A DNA stretch of 64,000 nucleotides from Lingula anatina (lineage: Eukaryota; Animalia; Brachiopoda), in NCBI GenBank assembly GCA_051362555.1, contig CM120649.1, positions 11,408,001-11,472,000 on the forward strand. The letters are read 5' to 3'. The notes under the pieces were generated by a model. The model saw only the letters and a list, made by a program, of their open reading frames with translations, was not told where the DNA came from and did not search any database. This document shows, piece by piece, positions 1-13,847 of the stretch; the stretch's first letter is position 1; the number at the start of each line of letters is the position of its first letter. The position numbers were made by a program, and so were the translations under genes.

Positions 1-1839
1 AATAAATGAATAAATAAAAGAAAAGAAAAAACGACTAGACATTTGCCAATTGTGACTTTCAGTGCCCTTGCTATGCCTCGTGTTAAGGAGAGCGCGTCCC
101 ACATTAATTTAATCGATGCGCGCTATACGCTACTGAAAAATCTTAATGGCCGTTAGTCCTTCTAATGCCAAAAGAGCGTGACAAGAATGAGGGGAAGAGA
201 ATCTATCCAATGAATCGTGCTAAAAAAATAAAATAAAATAATAAATATATAAAAATAACCATAATAACAACAGCTATAAAATATAAAAATTAAAAAAAAA
301 CAATAATAATAAAAAATAAAGGCGCAAAATTCACGTTATCCAAAGATAATAAAATTCGATAAAAATGAACGATATTAATAAATACATGACAAATAAATTG
401 GAATATTAATAATATTTTTTTTTATCTGGGATATGTATGCAATTTATCTTTATCACCAAGGAATACCGTATTCAAAAACCCGTCTATTTTAGATTCAGTA
501 TCTACGTGTAGTTTTTGAGTCACTCTCGTATATAAACTAAAGTAATTTTCGTATTTCGTTCGTGACAGTAAAATGCGACATTTAGACCTTGGAATGGGTT
601 CATGTTTAGGGTTTTAAGTCCTGACTTTCTCATCGATTTCGGATTATATATACCTAAGTACGTGATAAAGCAGGGGTTGCAGAAATATCTCAGATTATTA
701 TTATATAATCAAGTTTATTTCATTGCTATTAATATTATTTCATCATGAATTAACTGGTTGAAATTCCCATAAAATTTCGATTTCTTTTGAGTTAAAGTAA
801 GAACTCGCACCGTCTGCCTTTGAAGATGCTGAGGTGTTACGTTTGGGTATGGACGGATGCTATCTAGTTGAAATGCTTAGTTGAAATGCTTGAGTGCTCC
901 CCTTGGGGGGGGGGGGCTTTTCAACGCACAGTAGGCCTACCCCCCCCCCCCCCCCCCCGCCCTATGAGACGCGTACCACTTTTTCACATGACATGTTAGT
1001 GCACAAACGCGCGTGCAAGCACAAACTCTTCGTGTAATTTTTTAAAAGTAATACTGAAAAAATATTAAATCGGGACAATGCTGAGTTTATGATCCTTTAT
1101 TCCAACATAAATTTAATTAATAAATATGATTAAAAACATAAACGAGAACTTTCTATAAACGCATGAACACCCGTTGACTAAAAAGTTAAACGAATACCTA
1201 AATACTGATGTTTTTCTGACAGACAACATTATTAATACATTTACCAGAAAGACAAGTATAGTGAGTCGAGGTAACTTAAAAGTGAATGAGAGTATCGACA
1301 AAATGTTGTGCTTAGGAATAAATACTGGCACAGTATTTCCTGAGAGTTCTTGACTCGTTTCAGATCTATTCGTAGCAGGCTGGTGTAGAGACTAAAAAGT
1401 TCGGTAGCTTAAATTTCCTCATGTAGTTCTGTTCTTTTTCCATCTTTAAGACAAATAATTTCACACTGGTGGATAATCCAGAGCAACATACGGAGTAAAA
1501 ATAATCCAGTTGGAAGAGAAAGTTTATCTTCAGAGCTGCATGCGTATTGCCAAGTTGTGCATCTGGACGGGTAACGTCTAGAGTCAATGCCGAAATTTGT
1601 GCGTTCGTTAAATCGTTCTGATCTTCACAGAGTACAACTTTGAACATCAACCCTGCTCACTGAAGTAAACGTTTCAGCAGTCAAGCATAAATCAACCAAA
1701 GTCGAACAAAAATTGTGCAATTTTGAACTTCAACTGTACTATATATAAAAGGAAACTGGCATAAACAAATCAATAAATAAAAACAGCAATCATAAAACGC
1801 CATCAATTTTAGCATTCTCAGCTATTCCTCTTTACTTGA

Positions 1840-2322
1840 TTAAGACTTGAGGGCGTTCTTGTCGCCTAAGTTCTTTGCGGCGCGCTGAAGCTTAGCCAAT
1901 TTGTGCGGCGACGTTTTCCCATATGTTTTGGTAATCCAATAATAATAGTACGAATGGGATCCGAAGATGATGACGTTGATTAACACTGATGACCATATTA
2001 CAGTCTGAAACAAAAAAAAAAAAGAAAGAATGCAAAAGTCGCATTTAAATACATGTAGATCTAAGCCTTTATCAACAACAATGGCCCTATTCCAACCTGA
2101 TGCAATAAATAAATAAATAAATAATAACATATTTTATGAAAAAAAATGCCGGTATGCTTCATCCCAATAATAACACATCCCAATAATAACACTGTGTTAT
2201 TATTGGGATGAAGCATACCGGCATTTCACACCAACAGAACGTCTAATGGAGGCAAGCGACTTGATTGTACGTTGCTTTGCCTACAAAAAATCCTTTCTCA
2301 ACTATCACAATCGAACGTGACC

Positions 2323-2359
<37 letters not shown>

Positions 2360-3585
2360 ACGGAAAAACACACACTTAAAAACAAAAAAAAGGGAGGGGT
2401 TTTAAAAATAATGATTTAAACTTTGCATACATCAGGATTACAGATAACGAATTCCAGAAAACGCTGTGTAGGGAGTAGTTTAATTTTACTGGCAGTTTAC
2501 GTGTAATTGGTAAGACGACCCTTGATATGGGGTTCGGGGCCCGCTGAAGGGCTCCGAAAATAAATGGTATTTTAGAGGGCGAGCGGTGCCACTTGAACTA
2601 TGATTCAACTAGTCAAAATTCTGATTTCATGAGGGGACCATTGTTGTGGTTTATTTTTCAGAAATCGAAGGGGGGGGGGTGAGGGGGTGAGGTTAAAATG
2701 GTAGAAAAAAGTATAGTGAAAATTGAAATTATTTCATAACAAAGATGGCCAGTTCCCATCAAGGTAAAGAATAATAACTAAAGCCGAATTTACATATTTT
2801 AAATATTTGTATACAATGTATAACTATTTATAGCAGCCTGCAGTGAATAAACAATGAACTACAGTCCGGAATTGATTTTTGCTGTGATATAATTATTATA
2901 TGATTACGTTATATCTTTAGGCAACAGTAGACATTTCCACCAAAGGTAATTTTTTAAAATAAATCTGAGGGAAATGTGCCCCATCATTGCTACATGTTTC
3001 GTCTATATGCAAATACATGTACTAGTATATAATAATTAAAACGGCGAAGGCCTGAATCATCACTTACATAAATGAGTTATACAACATCTCCATTTTACAC
3101 CCTGCTACCATAAGCCACATTCACTTCAATTTCTAAGTTGTCCTCCTGTTAAATACTACTAGATCACACAAAGTGTTCGAACAAAATGTATAACAGGCCA
3201 TAAACCCAAAAACGTGCACAATAAATGACTCAGCATGAACGTACTCGCTCAACTCGACCTCTTCCGTTCGCTAACCGCACGTTTACTTTATTGTTCTCAT
3301 TCTTGGACTTTATATCATCAATTTAAAAAAAAAAAAAGATTAAAAAGGGCTTCCTATACCACTTGATTGCTGTTTTCAAAGTTCTGAATGATACGATCTC
3401 AACGTCAGTGAAGTTGTGTGCTTTTCATAAGAACTGCCGGTAGCGTTTAATCGACCGTCAGAATCACTTACCCATTTTGAAACTGTTCTTTTTGGCGGAC
3501 CAGCCATATCATTCCACATTCTCTTCTGTACAGTGGCACTTGGACGGATCAAAAGAGACCCAACTTTCCTTAGCGCCGAATTCAT
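1840..3585 (-). CDS. Small mitochondrial single-pass membrane protein, cytochrome c oxidase subunit VIII (COX8)-like, 92 aa, 2 exons
   Basis: Exon 1 is 3585-3472 (MNSALRKVGSLLIRPSATVQKRMWNDMAGPPKRTVSKW, donor TGG|GTAAGT). Exon 2 is 2004-1840 (acceptor poly-T..TTTCAG|, TVIWSSVLINVIIFGSHSYYYYWITKTYGK...KS*), phase-0 join. The N-terminus is rich in Arg/Lys/Ser/Leu and lacks acidic residues, like a presequence. GPP-x-x-x-V/I-S followed by one TM helix resembles invertebrate COX8 as I recall it; not searched. Confidence 0.65.
2144..2226. repeat. Perfect 34-bp inverted repeat (hairpin) with an internal tandem duplication
   Basis: aaatgccggtatgcttcatcccaataataacaca (2144-2177) is the reverse complement of tgtgttattattgggatgaagcataccggcattt (2193-2226). 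The spacer is a direct copy of tcccaataataacac. Confidence 0.9.
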
Positions 3586-3968
3586 CTTCAAATCAAGGAT
3601 TTACGCGAGAAAATGATCTCCCTTCCCACACACTACGAGGTCTCGTGCTTATTAAAGCCGGTTACTTATGTCATCACCTACTTCCCATGTAAAATCTGAC
3701 CAAAGGCGAAAAACCCTACAGCTGAATATTATATTTATTACTTCCTTATATAAATTTTAACCAAACACAAGAGTGACTTTTTCTTTTAAAGAATATTTTC
3801 ATTCAACATTTTCAGTTTTACGACGGTATGAGGCCGAGGAGGGAGGGAGTTTAACTGATGTAAGCGGGGTAATCAAGGTCAAGGTCGGCCCGTGAGTCGC
3901 TTCCCATGAAAGTTTATATCTCCGGAATTGTGACCATTTTTTGTTTGAATGACTGAGAACTGTTCGTC
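3586..3968. promoter_or_regulatory. Compact bidirectional promoter region with an ERR/SF1-type extended half-site TCAAGGTCA (3873-3881)
   Basis: Two ATGs (3585 on -, 3969 on +) diverge about 380 bp apart. aatcaaggtcaaggtcgg holds a perfect TCAAGGTCA and an overlapping TCAAGGTCG. An ETS-like CCGGAA lies near 3922. Confidence 0.5.
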
Positions 3969-6900
3969 ATGGGGTTGGGATTTAATTGTAGATTCCTTTT
4001 ATTTTATATTCTGTACGCGCTAAGGTGCATCAAAGGTAAGAGATTCGTACATAAACACTAACTGAAATGTACAAACTCGAGATTCCCGTTTCGAATGTTG
4101 TCAGTGTTGGTGTTCACTCATCAGTCATAGTCCTAGAATATGGTGCGGCAAGCCGATTCCCCCAAATGCGCACATATTTGTATTTGTAATTTGTAATAGC
4201 CACAAACAAAATATTCAAGGTTATTTCTAGGGTATAATATCATTTTAACTGTACTTTCACATCCATTTTATCCTCTGGAGTTACTAGTAAATTTTTATCA
4301 ATCGTTATCAGACCTCCCAAGCTCGGAGGTACCAGTAGAGAAATCTGGAGTTTAAACATTCATTTTCTGTCTTAAATAAATCACAGACTTATAACTTCTT
4401 TACTTATGTGTCGAAGTTTTTCAGACAACTAACTAAGACCCCTGGAAAGTGTCCAGTAATGAATATATGAAGGAATTATCCAACAACTTCAGTGACTATA
4501 GGCCTTGGTGTAATTAAAGCAGTAAGGTCATTAATAATCTCCAGACTAGACTTACGGATTATGTCCTTGCACATGACAAGATTTTGATATTATGGTCTGG
4601 ATGTCAAGCTGTCACCTTTGTCTGACACCTTGTACATTCTCAGTCAGATATGCTATATCTGTTTAAATGTTTACTATTATTTCTTTCAGTTCACTGTGCA
4701 GCGGCAGTAGGTGATGGATTCAAAGTCTGTCCAAATACACTAACAGCCTACTCCACGATAACAAAGAGCCACAAGGCCAGGTAAATAATAATAACATGTC
4801 AATTAAAATAATTTTTATTTCTTATAAAGCATCCTCCCATTTCATCACACTTAACATATAATATACTGTACAATTTGAATTTCTTTAAATACAGTACCAT
4901 ACAGTATTATTGATTTTAAAATAAACTTTGAAAGTAAAAAAAACAAAAAAAAAACATGTTCGTGATTTTTGAAGATGCTTCATTGCTTCCATAATTAAAG
5001 AGCTTGTAGTAATTATTGTGTGCATGTTTTGGCCAAAAAAAAAAGTTTCCTGGGATAAACAATGATTTTCCATACTTACCAATGGTTAATGAATCCGCTC
5101 ATGACTACATTTAAAGCTACTCCATGCTTTTTTCCTAAAAAGTTCATTTTTTTTGTGTGTGATTTTTATCTCTTAAGAGATTATTAAGTTCCGTGTGGTC
5201 TGATGGCAAGCACAAATTCCTGAAGAATTGCAATAATCCCTGTTAAGGCAGTAAAGTATTTTTTAAAAATTTTTATGAGTTGCTTACAATGTTTTTACTG
5301 TGAAATGTGAATCTCATTTGAAGAGTTATTATCCCTTTAATTTTGACTTTTTATTTTAAACAATTTCTAGGCATAAATAGTAAAAACTATGCATCAATGA
5401 ACTTTAAAAAATTCCCGTTGTCAGGTGTTACCAGTTTGTTGATAAAGAAGTGATGTGGGACAAGGCCAGAGACATCTGTTCTGGAGCAGGTGGGAAATTA
5501 GCAGAAATATATGATCTTTCCACTGCAAAGTTCCTCAGGTCCACATTGAACGGGATGACTTCGTGGGACAATGAAGGAGTTTGGATTGGAGGCAGAAAGA
5601 AGAGTGGAAAGTGGTATTGGGCCACAGGCAAGTGTTCAGTATATATTGTATATATTGTATATGATATAATATATTATGATTTTTATGTTTAATGCAGTTC
5701 TATGTGCTACTCTCCCTTCCTTCTCTCCTAATCTCTGACTCACAAATTGGGACCCCACAAAACTATTAATGATTTTAATGTTTAAACTTAAATTATTGGT
5801 ATTATTTAGTACTATGTGATTAATGTTTTTGTTATTGTAATTGATACATATCTTGGAATTTTTTTAAATATAATAATTACTCTTATTTGGGATTCTTATA
5901 TAAAATGTGCTTTTTCTCTGTTTCTGTTGATTTTTTTTTTTTAGATATTTAATCCTATAGATAGATAGATAGATAGATATGTTCTTTTTCATGTTATTAA
6001 GAGAGATATTATTTATGATATTTGATATGTAGGAAGACCTATGGTATTCACAGACTGGGCACCAGGGGAGCCTGGTGGACTGGACTTCCCCTGTTTTGGT
6101 GGAGACTGTGTCTTAATGAGGAGAAGTGACCGTTGGAAGTGGTCAGAGTGCTTCTGTAAAACCTTCAACTATGTCTACAAGTTCATCTGTCAGTTTGGTA
6201 AGTGTTTCAGTGTAGTTTGATATTCAGGATGATTTTTTAAAAAATTTGTCCAGTTGTTTTTAAACTAGAATAAGGGATGGATTTTTGATGAAATCTCACA
6301 AATTTTGGTATTTACTTCAATTCACCTGAAGAAGGCATGGGGATAAAGCTGAAATGAAGTGACCTCGGTGTAGGATGTAAGCTTCAGTATGTGAAAGTCT
6401 GAAATATATTGACCCCCCTGTAGAATGTAGGAACCAGCATGAAATAAGGCTGGTATACAGTGTAGAACAGAATGTTAGCTTCTGTATGAAATGAGGCTGA
6501 TATATACTAGTAGTCACCTATGTGAAGAGGCTGAAATGTATTGACCTCCATGTGGCACGTAAGGTCTATTATGAGATTTAATTATAATTTGTTTGATAAT
6601 AAGTAAAATTGTTCATTAGCTCGATAGTTGGATTAAAAATGAAAAAAAAAATTCATACTGCGTGGTATGAAAGTTTTTTGGATTGTTTTTGATAATTTTT
6701 CATTTATGTTTGATAATACTTACCTAGCGGTGGGTAAAAACCCAGTGAAATGCTGAAAACTGACCAGTAGCCATTTGCAACGAGCAGTTATGAAAAATTT
6801 TCTGGGCCAGAAGACATTTTGCTGAACTAAATTTTTTTCTTCATGATTGTACTTTAGTTTTCACAGAGGAGTATGAAAAATATAGATAAATGATTACTTA

Positions 6901-9900
6901 CTGAATGCTAATGGTAGCTCTTAAAACTGTTGTTGTGAACCATCTGAATAATTTTTTTTTTTTTTTATCATTGAAAATTTTATCAGTCTTGACCAGTAAA
7001 ACTGACAGTTTCAGCATTTCTGGAAAGGATTCTAGTGGGAATGCCGTTTCAGTTGCCAACACCTCCTTTACCTGTGTTGTTTATTTTCTTTGGACTCTCT
7101 CACATGCTGAGATTGGCTGAAATTAGTTCAGTGCTAGCATGAACTCAAAGGAGAAAATGAAATAAATAGTTTCAATGGACCTGTAATGAGGTATATATTG
7201 AACATGGTCTAGGGCAGAAGTACATCTTGTTGGCTTATATAACATCAGGCTGTGAGTAGAGGTTGCTGACAGCTGTAGTGGTGAGCCAGGCTATATTAAA
7301 AATAAATAAATAACAAAAAAAAAAAAAAAATGAAATTAATTTAACCTAAACTAAAAAGGAAGTTCCAGAACATGTTGATCTAATTTTCATGTATTTTCTA
7401 CAGAACATTCTCCATATTCTTTATCACTATCTTTTTTTTTTTTATTTTTATTTTATTTTATTTTATTTTTATTATTTTTTTTATTAATAAGGCCACACTT
7501 TTTTATTTTTATGGATGACATCCTCTGGGGACCCCAAAGTCGGTGCGAGCGGGCGAAAAAAAAAAAAAAAACAGTCCAAAAAAAAAAAAAACTGCTTAAG
7601 AAAAGTTATGTTTTCAGTACACAGATGGAAACACTAATTTACCACAGAAACACGTATCAAACTAACAACATGTCTTTATCCATGCTCTCAAAATATTAAA
7701 GCTTTGTGAATAGGGCCTATTTCGTAGAAAGGTAAAAAGTCATGAATATATATGCTGCATATTACCAAATCTATTTAAGGTTATTTCATGCATTCTGTTG
7801 GTATAGCATCCAATAAAACAAATATCAAATAAACAGCATGTCTTAATTTGTACTCTCAGAAAATTAAAGCATTGTAAACACTTCACAGAATTGTTAAAAA
7901 AATGAAGCAAAGATGGGCCTATGCTTCCTACTACTAAGGTAATTTCGGTCGATGCCATTTTGTCTACTTCGACTCAAACGCTAGCAGCCAACTATCGGGT
8001 GGCCTGTCCGACCTTCAGTCCACCAAATACCACGACGCTCTTGTCGACCCTTTTTTCGCTCCAAAAAGAAACTGGTATGTGCTGCTTTGGACAGAATGTC
8101 ACTGAAATTTTCCGGGCGATGATCGCTGGCCGCGGCCAGCCTTTCGTATAATTGTAAAAGGGTGATATCTCCATGTCCAATATCAATGGCAAACCAATCC
8201 AAAAAGACGGCCCCCGTTCTCTTTATGACTTTAATTGCCGTGTATTTTGAAATTAAAGCAATAATAACTCTTCGTTTCGGCCAAAAAATGAATTTTCCTG
8301 GAGTAAACAACAATTTTCCCATACTTACCAATGGTTAATGAATCCATTTTTACATTCAAAGTTAGTCCCTGGTTTTTTTCTAAAAAGTTTGGTTTTTTGT
8401 TAAAATCTCTTAAGAGCTTGCGGAATTAGCCGAGAATTGCCGATTGCATTTTCCTGCAAATTCAATAACGATGTTTGCGACAACCAACTTCCTTGCATGG
8501 GGGGGGGGGGGAGCGGTTTGGGGGGGGGGATTTTTTTTTTTTTTTTTTTTTGGAGAACGGACGAAAATCGGTGCGCGCGCAGGATGTCATCCATAAAATT
8601 AAAAAAGTGTGGCCTAAAAAGGAGAAATGAGCAGTCTTATTTTACTAGCACTGTACTTGCAAGGCCATGTTCTTAGATTAACTTAACTAGGAGTCATTTT
8701 AATATCTGATATATCTTGTATGACTGTCATTGCAAATTGTCATAGACATTGTAAAATGCATCAAAACAAATCGATAAATTGGTTGATAAATAGATCAATA
8801 AATGGACAGGGGAATAGATTTATAAAAACTAGTAGTGAGGATTAATAATTTAAGGAACATCTCAGTCTGCACAGCCAGACTCGTGGCGCGTCTCCATTTG
8901 AGATGAGTTGATTTAACTTAACTCATACCTTCTGATTACTAAATTTTTAGGGAGAAAATCTAGACTGATGGTTCTGTTGTCAAATCCTCATTTCATTTAT
9001 TTATTCAAATCCATTTATGTATACTGTAGACTTGTAGTAGTTACATAGCTGTATTTTTAATCAGATGAAATGATGAGTCGGTTTGTTCTCTCTTAGAAGT
9101 AGAGTGGAAAAGGGCCTTGCAGATATAATATATTATGATATATATCATATCATAATCTGAAGTGTTATTAGTTATGTTGCTACCGGCTGGACAGTGGTCA
9201 TCAGCTGGACTGAATGTGGTCAGAATATCATATCATCCATCACCTAGCTAGGATGGTAGTCATCTTCGGACACTTTTCACTGTACATGGAGGCAGTGTTG
9301 AATTAGCTTCTAGGGGAAATCAGAGATAATCAGACTAACATTCAGTGTAAATGTAGCTTATGCAGCATTGATTTTATTATCTGCACCATTCCCAGTGATG
9401 ATCAATGAGGATGAACTACTCGTAGCTTGTCTGCAGTAGTAGGGAAGTCATTGTGCCAGAATAAGGCCACATTCACAACAGAGTTGATCCATGGACTAAC
9501 AGATCCACAGATCAAATATAGTAACTGGCTCGTGCTGCCAGTAATTACGCTGCAGGATATTCAGGGCACAGACCGTGATCATAAGACATACCGCGAATAG
9601 AAAATAGAATTTAGAAAATAGACATTGCATGTGAATGAAGCCTAATAAGGAAAAAATCTGGAGCTCCAAGATGGTTTGGATGGATTATAATTTTCACAGT
9701 CACAGTAATTATAAGTAAGATATTATGTACCTAACAGTGATTGATAACTTATCCATTTTGCAAGTGCCCTGCCAAATTTAACTGGTCGAAAAAAATACTT
9801 GCCAGGAAAAAGGGATTTATATGTGCTAGCACTTACATTTATTTACCCTGCCCCTGTACAAAAATATTTTAAAAATGCTTACAAAGGTATCTGCCTTTTT

Positions 9901-12900
9901 AGTGTTATTTGGGTGGGTGAAAATTCAGACAATTGTATTAGGAAGAGTCACTTGGCAGTGCTCATTCAGGCATTTATGTCCATGGGCATTTTTACTTGTT
10001 CAGCAGTTGCAACTGATTATTTGTCCAAGACAAATGGACAAGGTTTATTATGAGGCCCTGCCTTATTAAGATTATAAAGTTTTTTTTTTAATATGCAGCA
10101 AATTACTTTGGTTGAATTGCATGCCTTCAAGAGAGTTTTAGACCTAAACCTTACAATTTGTTACCTCTTTCTTACAGATGAAACAGATACTGGTGTTTTT
10201 CAAGCAGATACCTCTGACAATTTAGGTAAGTAGATACTATCCTAAATGTTTGTGTTCGTGTGTATGTATTTATGTGTGTATACATGTACAGCAGTGTGTA
10301 TGTGTGTGCGTTAGTGTTTGTGTGACTGTGTGTGTAAGAGCGTGCATGTATGCAAATATGTGTTTTTGCCTGTTACGAATAATATGCCCAGGTAAGAAGA
10401 AAATAAATTTCACCAATTCAGCCTTTTAATTTTTTCACACATCAGTAATGTTTCCAACACTTAAGTGTCATAATGTTAAGCCAAATAAAATATTTAACAG
10501 ACCTATCAAAAAGTAAGTTGAAAAATGGGACACTAGTATTTTGATTTGGTCCCTTCATAGGATTGAAATAAAGGAACACAGTTTTGATATGATCCCTTTA
10601 TAGGATCCCATTGAAATGTTACCTGACTGGCATATTGCCCCTGGTGGATTTCATTTTATTCAAGTCCATGTCTGCTGGAGCAGTATGGTAACAGTGACAG
10701 ATCAGATTTAATGAGAACATGGCACTTGCTCATGGAAACTGTAGTTAAGACTGGGTTCCAATACTTAGATCGATCTAACAGGATCAATCCATGTGGGAGG
10801 GGTTTATCTCTAAATTGCTTTCAGCTAAAGCGGTTTTGATGTCTGGCACGCCTACGAAAGCTGCTAAATGATAATTAATTACCCACTAACAGCTTCAGTA
10901 GGCGTGGCAGACATCTAAGCCTCTAAAGTTGATTGCAACTTAGCGAGAATCCCTTTGGAGATAAATTGATCCACAGTTAGTATGATAGGGTCTGGGAATG
11001 GTCCCTAAGGTTCAAAAATGTTTAAAGATTTGCTTCCCTGGATTTATATCTTTCTTTTTTATCTCAGAGACAGAGCGGCATTACTTTTTCATTCATGGGC
11101 CTTAAATAAAGATGGAGTCAACTTTGAAGAACAGATTATTCTTGGCTTTTGACAGATGTGTCTTTCCGAGAAGCAAGATGTGGAATGACTTCTGATGGGG
11201 GGGGGGGTTGTTGTTGGCTTCTGAAAAATATGTCTTTTGTAGTTTATTCTAAAGTAGATTTTAGAAATTCCTAAGAAACAAATTGCAGATCAGATTTGTT
11301 TCAAGGATTTGTGTAAGGCTAAGGACATAGTCTAAAATGACAGCTTTTTGAACTTGACTGGGATCTTATTTTTCATAAATAACATCTCTTTTGTAAGATT
11401 ATCTGCAAGGGCATCACCCTGGGTGAGGCAGACTTTCATTGAAATAAAGCTATCCTGAAAAAAAGAAGTATGGTGGTGGTGTCATATGTATGATATCCGT
11501 CAGTAATACTAGCCATTGGTCATAACCAATTGACCTGTACATATGAAATCAGAATGTAAGAGAATAAGTTTTCTGTTGGGGGGTTATTCTCATCATTAAA
11601 TTTGTACTACAGGTGCATTCTCTGTGACCAGTTTTAAGGCTGATAGACCAGTGAGTGGGAAGGCATATGTTCTGGTTCTCATGGCCATTAGATTCCATGC
11701 CAAGGATTGTGGGTTAGAGAAAACATTTAGAGAAGCAGGGATTATCTTGAAGTAAATTTATTGATTTTTGGAGGTTATCACAGAATCAAGGATACAACAT
11801 TTAGTCAGAATTGAAAGATAATATAAATGATACCACATTCATGTATACACACAGTCTTATCAATGTGCGTATCCAGTGAAGCCTGAAACTGACAGAGAAA
11901 AAACATAAGACTAGCCTTGTAATAGAGGTTGGTTGTCAGTACACCCTGAAACTCAGGGTGAAAACCACTAGCACAGGGCTGATAACAAAGATGGGTTACC
12001 AGTGATCTCTGACATTCAGGGTGGTTGGAACAGGAGGCAAAAAAATGGTCATGACTTAAGACAGCAGAACGGGAAATTTTGAAGCTAATTATGAAAATCC
12101 AAAGAATCTGTCTGAGCATAAATGAGAGAGAGAGAGAAGGGGGGGGGGGAGAATTGATACAGCATTGATCTTCGTCATTTTTAGGAGATGCTTTAATGCT
12201 TTTGTAAAATTGCTAATGACATAGTCCTGTTTTAAAGCTGACTATATTTTAGGAATCATGATACAAACAGTAGGCCCAGGGTTAAAAAATATGGATAAAT
12301 GGTCATATAAGGCTGACCTTCATTAATGCTTGCAGCAAGCAAATCTTGAGGTCTTGTTAGCTTCAATTATTCAGCAAAAAAAGGGAAAAAAAACGAAATA
12401 GACATTTGCTGCTGAAATTTTGATTGCCACGATTGAAATCTTTATAGAACCTCAAACAATATAAAGTCAAGTTAATAAGACTCTCAGGATAGAATCTTGG
12501 GCAATATACTTGGATCAACATTATACTGTTTCGATCTGTTTTAATTTATTTTTCACAACCAAAATCAATACACTGAAACAGTATTACTTGTAGTAGCCAA
12601 GTCAGCTGTATTTTTAGAATATGGCAGGAAGGTATATGTACCTTCTTTCATGTAGAGGTAAAGGCTGGGTTTATAAAATGATATACTTATTATACAAGAT
12701 CAGTAAGCTTTACAGTTCATCCCTGGTCTTTGTGGATAGATCTTACACTGTTGAATTTCTGAGGAGCAAACATCCCAGCAGCATCATATGTGACCCACAT
12801 GAATTCTCATCTGCAATTTAATTATCACCACTAGGTTTTTACCCCCTGCTTCAAGTTGAACTTGGTAATGGAATTAAAACAATGGAAGTTACAAAGGACA

Positions 12901-13101
12901 CATCATATACTCCAAACACAATATTTCCTATTGAACCGAATAAAAAAAGGAACAATATGTACAGACACATCTGTGTCTGTACATAAAAGTCATAATCCTG
13001 ATAATTTCCTCTAGCCTGGATCCTGTGCTGTTGGATTTTCATTTACTGTGAAATGAGGAAAATGGACTCAGAAATGCAGCCTAGGTATCCATGTTTGATT
13101 G

Positions 13102-13154
<53 letters not shown>

Positions 13155-13808
13155 CAGTTTACACGTGCTGAAGGAATCTGTATCAAGAAAAATGCAAGGG
13201 ACATTTTAAAATATGTCTCCATGACCTAATCAGAGTACTGGTTTGGATTGAATCAGTCTATAATCAAGTAGAAGTGGTAAATCAGTTGAACTCTTGTAAG
13301 GAGGCCAGTTTGAGAAAATGAAGGAGACTTTTAGGAATATAACGGCTGGCTTTCACAATGAGCAGTATTTTGAATTACTGGGGCACTCACAGATGATGAA
13401 AGGTAAAATGCTTCGTGTAGGGAATCCAGTGGTTTAAAAATGGAGCAGTTTGTGTGTAATATTTCTTAAACTGTAAGCAGGCTGACTTCACTGACTGGAC
13501 CAGGGTTTTGCTGGAGGGGGATAGGGTGGAGTGCATGTGCAAGAATAATAGTTCACTTCACTGTAAAGTGGTTGATGAAATTTTTATGTAAAGTTTCAGG
13601 CACATGGAATCAGAAAACTGCTTGGTTTTGACTTTTTATTTATTATTATTATTTTTTTTTTTTTTTTTGGGGGGGGGGGGGAGAGGACTTGAAAAGCTAA
13701 ATGATCTGCCATTGGAATTAACTTGTATATCACAGACAATTTTACCAGTAGCATAATAAAAATATACTGCACATGTATATATTTATTATACTATTATAAT
13801 AAAATATG

Positions 13809-13847
<39 letters not shown>

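Noticed and set aside
1113-1800. Minus-strand ORFs 1113-1331 and 1366-1650, and a possible + strand terminal exon (tttcag|AT CTA TTC GTA GCA GGC TGG TGT AGA GAC TAA near 1364) with AATAAA at about 1772
   Set aside because: No recognisable domain or partner exon in the window. Probably UTR or intergenic; cannot be supported.
11870-12040. Weak ~60-bp periodicity in lectin intron 5 (also a ~110-bp duplication at about 48885-49050)
   Set aside because: Old degenerate tandem duplications with no splice signals or frame linking them to the genes.
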